Assembly (NCBI GenBank): GCA_963840385.1
Contig: CAWIYS010000009.1
Location: forward strand, 189,087 to 253,086
DNA from: an uncultured Chloroflexia bacterium
Lineage (GTDB): Bacteria; Chloroflexota; Dehalococcoidia; DSTF01; JACRBR01
DNA length: 64,000 bases
Direction: 5' to 3'
Both the position numbers and the translations under genes were made by a program. Under the pieces are notes generated by a model. That model ran no database searches and was not told the DNA's origin. It worked only from the letters and a program-made list of their open reading frames with translations. Positions 39,772 through 46,919 of this stretch are shown here, piece by piece (position 1 is the stretch's first letter; the number at the start of each line of letters is the position of its first letter).

Positions 39772-41055
39772 TCAGCGCGCCGCGGCCGCCGAGTTGCGCG
39801 CACGGTCGAGCACCTCGCCGTAGAGGTCGAGCGTGACGTTCGCGGTGCGCTGCCACGTGAAGTTCGTGCGGATGTGCTCGCTCGCAGCTGCGCCCATGCG
39901 CTCGCATCGCGCGGGGTCGCTCAGCAGCGACTTGATCGCGGCGGCCAGCGCGTCGGGATCGCCCGGCGGCACCAGGATGCCCGTCCGGCCGTCCTCGATG
40001 AATTCCGGGAACGCGCCCGCCGTCGTCGCGATGACCGCGGTGCCGCACGCCATCGCCTCAGCCGCGGGCAGGCCGAAGCCCTCGTACAGCGACGGTGAGA
40101 CGACGATCTGGGCGCTGTTGTAGAGCCGGAGCAGCTCGTCTACCGAGAGCCTCGGGATGTACTCGACGAAGCGCTTGAGGCCGTACTTCCAGACCAGCGG
40201 CGGCACGACCTTCATGTCCTGCTCCTTCTTGTCCTTGAAGAGCAGGCGGAAGTCCATCTCGTGCTGCAGCCGCGCGCACGCCTCGATGAGGAAACGGGCG
40301 CCCTTGTTGCGGTCCTCGGAGTCGCCGACGAACAGGATCGTGCCGGGCTCTCGCTTCACGCCCGGGATCGGGCGCATCACCTCGTGGTCGACGCCGTACG
40401 GCGTCTGGCGGATGTGCTCGAGCGGGATGTCCATCGACGAGCTGACGGAGCGCGCGGAGTTGCGCGATCCCGTCAGCACCATGTCGATGCGGTTGGCCAC
40501 GTACGACTGCATCCGCCACGGGAACCAGATCTCCTTCTGGATGCGGCCGATGACGCTCTTCGCCTCGCGGATGTTGTTGAGCTTGTCGATCGCCAGCGGG
40601 TGGTGCAGGCTCGCCACCACGGGCTTCCCCATCAACCGCTTCATCGCCAGGATGCCGTAGCCGAGCGTCTGGTTGTCGTGCACGAGGTCGAACGGCCCGG
40701 TCGTCGCCTCCAGCTCGGCCAGCTTCTTGTACGCGCGCACGCTGAATGTGAAGAAGAGCGACGCCAGCGACGCCCGCGTCGACGCGAACTCGTAGAAGTT
40801 CCACGGGTGGAAGAACTCCATCGGGTTGTGCGAGTGGTCGTACGCGTGCTCGTCGCGGCCGTTGAGGAACGCCCAGAAGCTGTACGTGTGCAGCTTGTGG
40901 TGCACCACGCCCTCGGCCAGCCGCGGATACGGCCGGCCGGAGATGACGTGCACCTCGTGCCCGGCGCGCACCAGCTCGCGCGTCATGTAATGCAGGTAGA
41001 CCCCCTGTCCACCCGAGTACATGTTCCCCTGGTACATGATGAAGGCGAGTTTCAT
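39772..41055 (-). CDS. GT4-family glycosyltransferase (paralog 1)
   Basis: The GT4 C-terminal domain reads EGFGLPAAEAMACGTAVIAT...GILVPPGDPDALAAAI. The N-terminus is MKLAFIMYQGNMYSGGQGVY. The protein is 58% identical to the product of 43901-45160. Confidence 0.85.
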   Translation of the reverse strand: MKLAFIMYQGNMYSGGQGVYLHYMTRELVRAGHEVHVISGRPYPRLAEGVVHHKLHTYSFWAFLNGRDEHAYDHSHNPMEFFHPWNFYEFASTRASLASLFFTFSVRAYKKLAELEATTGPFDLVHDNQTLGYGILAMKRLMGKPVVASLHHPLAIDKLNNIREAKSVIGRIQKEIWFPWRMQSYVANRIDMVLTGSRNSARSVSSSMDIPLEHIRQTPYGVDHEVMRPIPGVKREPGTILFVGDSEDRNKGARFLIEACARLQHEMDFRLLFKDKKEQDMKVVPPLVWKYGLKRFVEYIPRLSVDELLRLYNSAQIVVSPSLYEGFGLPAAEAMACGTAVIATTAGAFPEFIEDGRTGILVPPGDPDALAAAIKSLLSDPARCERMGAAASEHIRTNFTWQRTANVTLDLYGEVLDRARNSAAAAR

Positions 41056-41060
41056 GCAGT

Positions 41061-41091
41061 GTGTAGTTTGTAGTTTGGAGTTCGTAGTGGG
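41061..41091 (-). repeat. Tandem heptad repeat (ACTACNN units in minus sense) in the 5' leader of GT4 paralog 1. It is the inverted partner of 41476-41520.
   Basis: The plus strand reads GTGTAGTTTGTAGTTTGGAGTTCGTAGTGGG. Its reverse complement is CCCACTACGAACTCCAAACTACAAACTACAC. It directly abuts the start codon at 41055. Confidence 0.6.
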
Positions 41092-41107
41092 AAGCAGCCG
41101 GGGTCCG

Positions 41108-41464
41108 TCATCGGGACCGCAGCTTCACGATGAGGGCCGATAGCATCCGCTCGACCTCGGCGACGTCGGCAGCGAGCTGCTCATGGTGCAGCTCCGACGT
41201 GAAGCCGAGCTCATGCGAAAGCAGCAACTGGTATTCGAGTTCCTTTGCCGAGCCCATGGCGATGTCCAGAAATCGAAGGAGATCGCCGTTCGTGCTGCGG
41301 CCGCACCCTTCGGCAATGTTCGACGGTATGGAGATCGAGCATCGGCGTATCTGACTGGTTAATCCGAAGACTTCGCTCTTTGGGAAGGTCTCCGTGACCC
41401 GGTATATCGAGAGCGCTAACGCATGTGACTTCTCCCAAACCTTCAACTTCCTGAAGTCCTGCAT
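41108..41464 (-). CDS. Four-helix-bundle protein of the 23S rRNA intervening-sequence (IVS) type
   Basis: MQDFRKLKVWEKSHALALSIYRVTETFPKSEVFGLTSQIRRCSISIPSNIAEGCGRSTNGDLLRFLDIAMGSAKELEYQL is the hallmark of the IVS four-helix-bundle family. Local GC is lower than the flanks. Confidence 0.85.
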   Translation of the reverse strand: MQDFRKLKVWEKSHALALSIYRVTETFPKSEVFGLTSQIRRCSISIPSNIAEGCGRSTNGDLLRFLDIAMGSAKELEYQLLLSHELGFTSELHHEQLAADVAEVERMLSALIVKLRSR

Positions 41465-41475
41465 CGGCGCTATCG

Positions 41476-41520
41476 ACTACTCAACTACGCACTACCCACT
41501 ACCAACTACGCACTCCGCAC
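41476..41520 (+). repeat. Tandem heptad repeat (ACTACNN x6-7), the inverted partner of 41061-41091
   Basis: The plus strand reads ACTACTCAACTACGCACTACCCACTACCAACTACGCACTCCGCAC. The two tracts are mutually complementary and bracket the four-helix-bundle ORF. They are predicted to form a long stem. Confidence 0.6.
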
Positions 41521-41967
41521 GACTTCCGGCAGATGCTCCTCCTGGTAATGATGCGCCGACACCATCAGCAGGTACACGCCGCACGGGACGGTGCCGCCGA
41601 GGTCGGGCCAGAAGAACTGCGCCGTCTGCGTCAGCGCCGAGGCCGGCGCGCGCTCGGCCGCGGCGATCAGCGCGTCGAAGACGGCGTCGGAGTCGGCGAG
41701 CAGCTCCGCCCACGGGCGCTCGCGCGCCTCCGCCATCCGGGCGGCGTTGAATGCGTCGATCGAGCCGTATCGCGAGATGCCGATCGGATAGCCGGAGAGC
41801 GACATGATGCCCGGCTCCGTCACGCCGCTCGCGATCTGCTCGATCGCCGCGGCGACCCAGCGCTCCCAGCCGAGGATGTGGCCCAGGATCTCCTTCAGCG
41901 TGCGCCCGTCCGGCGTCCACGGAGTCGAGGCCTGCTCGCCGCTGAACGCCTGCACCTCGCGCATCAT
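41506..41967 (-). CDS. DinB/ClbS-like four-helix-bundle protein (DUF1706-like), tentative
   Basis: The 153-aa protein is MMREVQAFSGEQASTPWTPDGRTLKEILGHILGWERW...MVSAHHYQEEHLPEV. The W...H...H/E spacing is reminiscent of the DinB_2/ClbS fold. It is assigned by pattern only. Confidence 0.4.
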   Translation of the reverse strand: MMREVQAFSGEQASTPWTPDGRTLKEILGHILGWERWVAAAIEQIASGVTEPGIMSLSGYPIGISRYGSIDAFNAARMAEARERPWAELLADSDAVFDALIAAAERAPASALTQTAQFFWPDLGGTVPCGVYLLMVSAHHYQEEHLPEVVRSA

Positions 41968-41996
41968 CGCGAAGCGGCACGAGCGCAGGATCTCGA

Positions 41997-42959
41997 TCAG
42001 CCGCCGCTTCTGCTCCTCGCCGTCGAGCTGCGAGCGCGATGCGCAGCTCGTCGTCGAGCGACAGCGGCGGCGGCCGGCGACGCCGCGGCTTCCGCCGGCA
42101 CGCCGGGATCGATGGCGAACGGCGCCGGCACGGCCCGCACCTCCACGGTCGACCGATCGTCGGACAGTTCGAGCCGTGCCTTGCCATGGCCGTTGGTCGA
42201 ACGGCGCGCCGCGTCGCCGAGCGGCTTGCGGCTGTAGACGACGATGCTCTTCGGCAGGATGCGGTTGCCGACGTCGTCGATCGCCGTGACGATGCGCGAT
42301 TGCCGCGTCGTCTGCGAATCGAGCACGCGGCGGAACACGCGCGTGATCGGCCCCTGCTTGCCCCAGTCGCTCCAGAACGCCACGTGGCTCAGCCAGTACA
42401 GCGTCTCGAGCGAGTGGCGATAGCGCACGGCGTACGGCTCCAGCCCCGCCTCGCGCATCAGCGCGACGATGCGCGAGCGCTCGTAGATGCGAACGTGGCC
42501 GCCGGCGTGCGTGCGGTAGTTCTTCGAAAGCCGCCAGAAGATCTTCTCGGAGAACTCGTCGGGCACGCTCACGGCGAGGATGCCGCCCGGCTTCAGCACG
42601 CGCACCAGCTCCCGCGCGAGCACGCCGTCGTCGTCGACGTGCTCCAGCGTCTCGGTGCAGATCACGCGGTCGAACGCCGCGTCGACGAACGGCAGCCGCT
42701 CGCCGGCCGTCTGCAGCCAGTGGACGCGCGCGCGCACGTCGCCATCGCGCCGCATCATCTCGATCAGGTAGCGACCGACGCGCAGGTCGTGGCGCGACAG
42801 GTCGGCGCCGAGGATCGTGCCGGGCGACTTGCACAGCTCGAGCACGTGCCGCCCCGTGCCGCAGCCGAGGTCGATCACGCGGTCGTCGGCTCCGATATCG
42901 AGCAGCGCCGGGTCGATGGACTGGAAGCGGTCGAGCATCGATGTCATATCGCCCGCCAT
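41997..42959 (-). CDS. Class I SAM-dependent methyltransferase (paralog 1) with a low-complexity C-terminal extension
   Basis: Motif I is VIDLGCGTGRH. The post-I acidic residue is GADLS. The motif reading LKPGGILAVSVPDEF is present. It is a paralog of the 43025-43810 product. The start is uncertain (MAGDM/MTSM/MLDRF). Confidence 0.75.
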   Translation of the reverse strand: MAGDMTSMLDRFQSIDPALLDIGADDRVIDLGCGTGRHVLELCKSPGTILGADLSRHDLRVGRYLIEMMRRDGDVRARVHWLQTAGERLPFVDAAFDRVICTETLEHVDDDGVLARELVRVLKPGGILAVSVPDEFSEKIFWRLSKNYRTHAGGHVRIYERSRIVALMREAGLEPYAVRYRHSLETLYWLSHVAFWSDWGKQGPITRVFRRVLDSQTTRQSRIVTAIDDVGNRILPKSIVVYSRKPLGDAARRSTNGHGKARLELSDDRSTVEVRAVPAPFAIDPGVPAEAAASPAAAAVARRRAAHRARSSTARSRSGG

Positions 42960-43024
42960 GCTACCGCATGTAGCCATGCGTACGGCTGCCTCGACGCAAC
43001 GCGACCCGCCGTCTGGCCGTACGC

Positions 43025-43810
43025 CTACCCCTCGCCGGAACGCACCGCCCCGACCGCGGCCCCGTTCGGCGAGACAGCTGCCGGCGCCGGTCCGCGCTTG
43101 CGCCCGTACAGGATCATGTCCTTGCCGATGACGAGGTTCGCCGTCGCTTCGATGTACTCCAGCAGCTTGATGCGCCGGTTGTGGTGCCAGTTGATCAGCT
43201 TGAAGAAGACGCGCACCGGCAGGTAGTTCTCCCGGTCCTTGCCGAAGAGGCAGCGCAGGAACCAGTACACCGCCTGCGACGAGTGCCGGTTGCGCTGGAA
43301 GTGCACGTCGATGTTCGTCTGCTCGAGGATCTTCCACATCGCGCCGGGCTTGTAGCGCCGCACGTGACCGCCGGGCGTGTGCCAGTACTCCCAGCTCAGC
43401 GTCCAGAACACCGTCTCCGGCCAGTAGTTCGGCACGCTGACCGCGACGGGCGCGCCCGGCTTCGCCACGCGCACGAACTCGGCGATGCCGCGCCGGTCGT
43501 CCGGGATGTGCTCGAACACCTCGGTGCAGAGCGCCTTGTCGAACGCGCCGTCCTTGAACGGCAGGTTCTGCGCGTCGCCGATGATGAAGTCGGCGTGGCC
43601 GCGCACCTCGCCCTTCCGCTTCAGGTCGGCGTACATGTACTTCGCCGCCTTCAGGTCATCGGCCGAGAAGTCGAGCCCGACGACGCGCACGGGGTAGCGC
43701 GCCGCCTCGAGCGTGTGCCGCCCGTTGCCGCAGCCGAGGTCGAGCAGCCGCTCCCCCTCCTGCAGGTGGAAGTGCCGCCGAAAGTCGATGTTAACGATGT
43801 TGTCGGGCAA
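43025..43810 (-). CDS. Class I SAM-dependent methyltransferase (paralog 2)
   Basis: LLDLGCGNGRH, VVGLDFS, GAFDKALCTEVFEHIPDD and AKPGAPVAVSVPNYW are present. Confidence 0.85.
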   Translation of the reverse strand: MPDNIVNIDFRRHFHLQEGERLLDLGCGNGRHTLEAARYPVRVVGLDFSADDLKAAKYMYADLKRKGEVRGHADFIIGDAQNLPFKDGAFDKALCTEVFEHIPDDRRGIAEFVRVAKPGAPVAVSVPNYWPETVFWTLSWEYWHTPGGHVRRYKPGAMWKILEQTNIDVHFQRNRHSSQAVYWFLRCLFGKDRENYLPVRVFFKLINWHHNRRIKLLEYIEATANLVIGKDMILYGRKRGPAPAAVSPNGAAVGAVRSGEG

Positions 43811-43900
43811 TGCCTCGAACCTGGAACTAAGCGCCTGGAGCCGCGCGGCCAGCGATCTGAGCCGCTTTCCGGCCTGTCGTCACCCCACCAATGGCCTCAC

Positions 43901-45160
43901 CTAAGCTCCGCTCCGCCGCCGCGGCACGATCTCCTCGTAAACGGCGAGCGTCTCCTCGGCCGCCTTCCGCCAGTTGAACTTCTCGACGATCCGCCGCCGG
44001 CCGCCATCGGCGAGACGCTGCCGGAGCGATGGATCATTCCACAGCATCCGGATGGCGTCCGCAAGCGCCCGCGGGTCGGACGGCGGCACCAGCCAGCCGC
44101 TCTTGCCGTGCTCGACGATCTCTTCGTACGCGCCGATGCGCGTCGCCACGGTCGGCGTGCCGCACGACATCGCCTCGGCCAGCGGCAGGCCGAAGCCCTC
44201 GTGTACCGACGACGTGACGAGCAGCCGCGCCTCGTTGTAATGCCGCACCAGCTCGGGCGTCGGAATGCGCCCCGTGAAGTCAAACCGCGAGTTCAGGCCG
44301 TACTCGTCGACCAGCCCCGGCACCAGCTTCAGCCGCCACTTCTCGTTGTCGACGAACGTCACCCGGAAGTCGAGTTCGTCCTTCAGGATGTTGATCGCCT
44401 CCATGAAGTAGCGCGCGCCCTTGTTCCGGTCCTCCGAGTTCCCCACGTACAGCAGCTTGTCCGGCCGCCGCTCGACGCCCTCGAGCGGACGAAAGGTGTC
44501 GGTGTCGATGCCGTTGTAGACCGTGCGCACCCGCTCGTGCGGCAGCTGGAACGCCTCCTCCACGTCGACGCGCGACGTCTCCGACACAACGATCACCCGG
44601 TCGACGCCCTTCGCCGCCCACTCCTGCATGTACCAGGGCGACCAGAGGATGCGGCGCGCCTTCTCGTACGTGCTGCGCGACTGGCGCAGCGCGTTGCGCA
44701 GGTCGTACTTCAGCGGATGGTGGATCGTGGCGACGAGCGGGAAGCCCGACTTGTGCATCGCCCAGACGCCGTAGCTGAGCGTCTGGTTGTCGTGCACGAC
44801 GTCGAACCGGTGCTCGCGCGACAGCTCGCGCAGCTTGAAGTACGCCCGCACGCTGAAGTTGGCGAGCAGCGACGAGAGCGTCGTCCGCGTCGACACCAGC
44901 TCGTAGAAGTTGAGCGGGTGGAAGTAGCTGAGCGGCGGCCGGTTGAAGACGAAGTCCTTCTTGTAGTGGTGGTAGCTCCAGAAGCTGTAGTCCTTGATGT
45001 TGTGCGCCGTCACCGCCTCGTCGAGCGCCGGGTACGGCGGCCCGGCGATGACGTGGACGTCGTGCCCCATCCGCGCCAGCTCGCGGGTGAGGTAGTACAG
45101 GTACACCCCCTGCCCGCCGGAGTACATGTTGCCCTGGTACATCAGGAAGCAGATCTTCAT
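43901..45160 (-). CDS. GT4-family glycosyltransferase (paralog 2)
   Basis: MKICFLMYQGNMYSGGQGVYLYYLTRELARMGHDVHVIAG... and EGFGLPLAEAMSCGTPTVATRIGAYEEIVEHGKSGWLVPP match GT4. Confidence 0.85.
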   Translation of the reverse strand: MKICFLMYQGNMYSGGQGVYLYYLTRELARMGHDVHVIAGPPYPALDEAVTAHNIKDYSFWSYHHYKKDFVFNRPPLSYFHPLNFYELVSTRTTLSSLLANFSVRAYFKLRELSREHRFDVVHDNQTLSYGVWAMHKSGFPLVATIHHPLKYDLRNALRQSRSTYEKARRILWSPWYMQEWAAKGVDRVIVVSETSRVDVEEAFQLPHERVRTVYNGIDTDTFRPLEGVERRPDKLLYVGNSEDRNKGARYFMEAINILKDELDFRVTFVDNEKWRLKLVPGLVDEYGLNSRFDFTGRIPTPELVRHYNEARLLVTSSVHEGFGLPLAEAMSCGTPTVATRIGAYEEIVEHGKSGWLVPPSDPRALADAIRMLWNDPSLRQRLADGGRRRIVEKFNWRKAAEETLAVYEEIVPRRRSGA

Positions 45161-45164
45161 GCAG

Positions 45165-45197
45165 TCGGTCAGTTGTCAGCTATCAGCGGTCAGCGCC
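45165..45197 (-). repeat. Heptad-periodic repeat (GCTGAYM units in minus sense) in the 5' leader of GT4 paralog 2
   Basis: The plus strand reads GTCGGTCAGTTGTCAGCTATCAGCGGTCAGCGCC. The minus-sense RNA is GCUGACC-GCUGAUA-GCUGACA-ACUGACC. The same GCTGACAGCTGATAGCTGACAC unit recurs at 63899-63920. Confidence 0.5.
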
Positions 45198-45333
45198 TCG
45201 TCAGCGGGCGCGTCGCCACATACTAGCGGAGGGCCCGCGCATGGGCGATTCCGGCCGCCGCGTCGGCGATGGCGACAGTCGGGAACCGAAAGAGCACCCT
45301 ACGCCTGTCATCCCGCGACGGTGCCAGGGTTCT

Positions 45334-45441
45334 GTCATCCTGAGCGAAGCGAAGGATCTACCCCGGTGGCCGCGATCGTCTGTCCTCGCCTTCCCGCTTC
45401 CCGCTTCTCGCCTCCGCCCTCCGCTCTCCGCCCTCCCAGCC
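45334..45441. repeat. GTCATCCTGAGCGAAGCGAAGGATC motif (translates VILSEAKDL) followed by a 60-nt polypyrimidine CT-rich tract
   Basis: The motif resembles a short repeat recurrently seen in diverse bacterial intergenic regions. It is followed by CTTCCCGCTTCCCGCTTCTCGCCTCCGCCCTCCGCTCTCCGCCCTCCC. The overlapping ORFs 45126-45569 and 45241-45930 are translation artefacts of it. Confidence 0.4.
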
Positions 45442-45450
45442 GCCCGCCCC

Positions 45451-46851
45451 TCACGGCGTCGTCTCGTGACACACGCCCACCGTATCGTCCGCGTTGCCGA
45501 ACGCGATGTTGTTGTCCGTCGTCACGTTGCCCGCCTTGTAGATGCAGATCGCCGAGCCGCCGTTGTTGACGATCGCGTTGTCGTCGATGCTGCCCAGCGA
45601 CGTGTTGACGTACGACACGCCGATGCCCCGATTGCCCCAGATCAGCGAGTTCGAGACGTCCATGTTCGCGCCCTGGCCGAGCACGCCGCCGCCGAGCCGG
45701 CCGGACTCGGGCAGCACGACCGTATCGTGGATCGTCGCATGATTGATGCGGCCGACGGCCCGCACCGGGAACAGCTTGCCCACCTGGCCGTACTTCAGCG
45801 GGTCGGGGTACGCGCGGAACTCGATGGCGTGCTCGTCGTTCGCCCAGAAGTCGTCGGACTCCGACGTGATCGACGCGCCCCAAACGAACATACCGGTGCA
45901 GGTGGTTCTTCCAGATGCGGTTGCGCGTGAACGTGCCGGTCGTGCCCGGGAACATGACGATGCCCGTGCTGCCGCTCTCCTGCACGACGTTGCCGTTGAG
46001 GATGATGTTCGCGTCGCCGACGTACGCCTGCAGGTTGGTGAGGTAGCAGTCCGGCACCTCGACGAAGCCCGGCGGCAGCAACGCGCACGGCGTCTGGCCC
46101 GGCGAACACGCCCGGCCCCCCGTTGTGCGAGATGATGTTCTGCGTGATCGTCGTCGTCGCCGCGTGGCCGACCGTCGAGACGCCGACGCCGCCGTTCCCG
46201 AAGATCCAGTTGCGCTCGACGGTCACGTTCGAGTCGCGGCGGATGAGCAATCGCATCGCCCTCGATCGCGTAGACGAACGAGTCGCTGATCCGGCCCGTG
46301 CTGTTGACGTCGTAGTGGATGCCGATGCCGCCGCCGCCGACGTCCATGTTCCGGAACAGCACGTTCTTGCTGCCGTTGATGTACGCGTCCGACGGATGGC
46401 CGTAGAACAGCGTGAAGTTCTCGAACACCAGGTCGGAGCTGCCGAACACGAGCATCGAATCCTTGTCGACGCCGGTGAGAATCGAGACGCGCGGCCCGGC
46501 GCCGTGCAGCGTGACGCCATGCACGTTGGTGAACGTCAGCGGGCCGCGATACACGCCCGGCGCCATGCAGATGACGTCGCCCGATTGCGCGCCGTTGACG
46601 ATGCCCTGCAGCGTGCCGGGATCGGCGTTCTTGTTGCAGTCGGCCGCCAGCGCCGAGGGCGGACGCGATGCTCCGGCTGCTGCCACGACGGCAAGCAGCA
46701 TCACGGCGAAAGACGAACATCCGGTGAGAAACCGTCGCGCACCCGTCATCCTTGACCTCCACATCATCATCACGCGAGCCAGTGACACGCTAGCGTACGA
46801 CGGGCCGCGGCCGCCTATCAAGCCCGCATGGGCCATTGACTGTCGCACCAC
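45451..46851 (-). CDS. Secreted right-handed parallel beta-helix repeat protein (pectate-lyase-like fold). Three frame disruptions.
   Basis: A signal peptide is present, followed by NVHGVTLHGAG..VFENFTL..GGGGIGIHYDVNSTG. Beta-helix repeats continue in a second frame (NWIFGNGGVGVSTVG...ITQNIISHNGGPGVFAG). They continue in a third frame (ILNGNVVQESGSTGIVMF...RNRIWKNHL) and then return to the first frame (NSLIWGNRGIGVSYVN...AIVNNGGSAICIY). Confidence 0.55.
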   Translation of the reverse strand: MVRQSMAHAGLIGGRGPSYASVSLARVMMMWRSRMTGARRFLTGCSSFAVMLLAVVAAAGASRPPSALAADCNKNADPGTLQGIVNGAQSGDVICMAPGVYRGPLTFTNVHGVTLHGAGPRVSILTGVDKDSMLVFGSSDLVFENFTLFYGHPSDAYINGSKNVLFRNMDVGGGGIGIHYDVNSTGRISDSFVYAIEGDAIAHPPRLERDRRAQLDLRERRRRRLDGRPRGDDDDHAEHHLAQRGAGRVRRARRRARCCRRASSRCRTATSPTCRRTSATRTSSSTATSCRRAAARASSCSRARPARSRATASGRTTCTGMFVWGASITSESDDFWANDEHAIEFRAYPDPLKYGQVGKLFPVRAVGRINHATIHDTVVLPESGRLGGGVLGQGANMDVSNSLIWGNRGIGVSYVNTSLGSIDDNAIVNNGGSAICIYKAGNVTTDNNIAFGNADDTVGVCHETTP

Positions 46852-46919
46852 GTCCGTCGCGTGTGTATTTCCACAGCCACGGCGGCGATCGCCGCGTATC
46901 TTGGCGTGGCGTCTCGGAC

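Noticed and set aside
45126-45930. ORFs 45126-45569 and 45241-45930 containing HPERSEGS / VILSEAKDL peptides
   Set aside because: These are translations of a known dispersed nucleotide repeat and a polypyrimidine tract. They are low-complexity Pro/Arg/Ser peptides with no start context. They are reported as a repeat feature instead.
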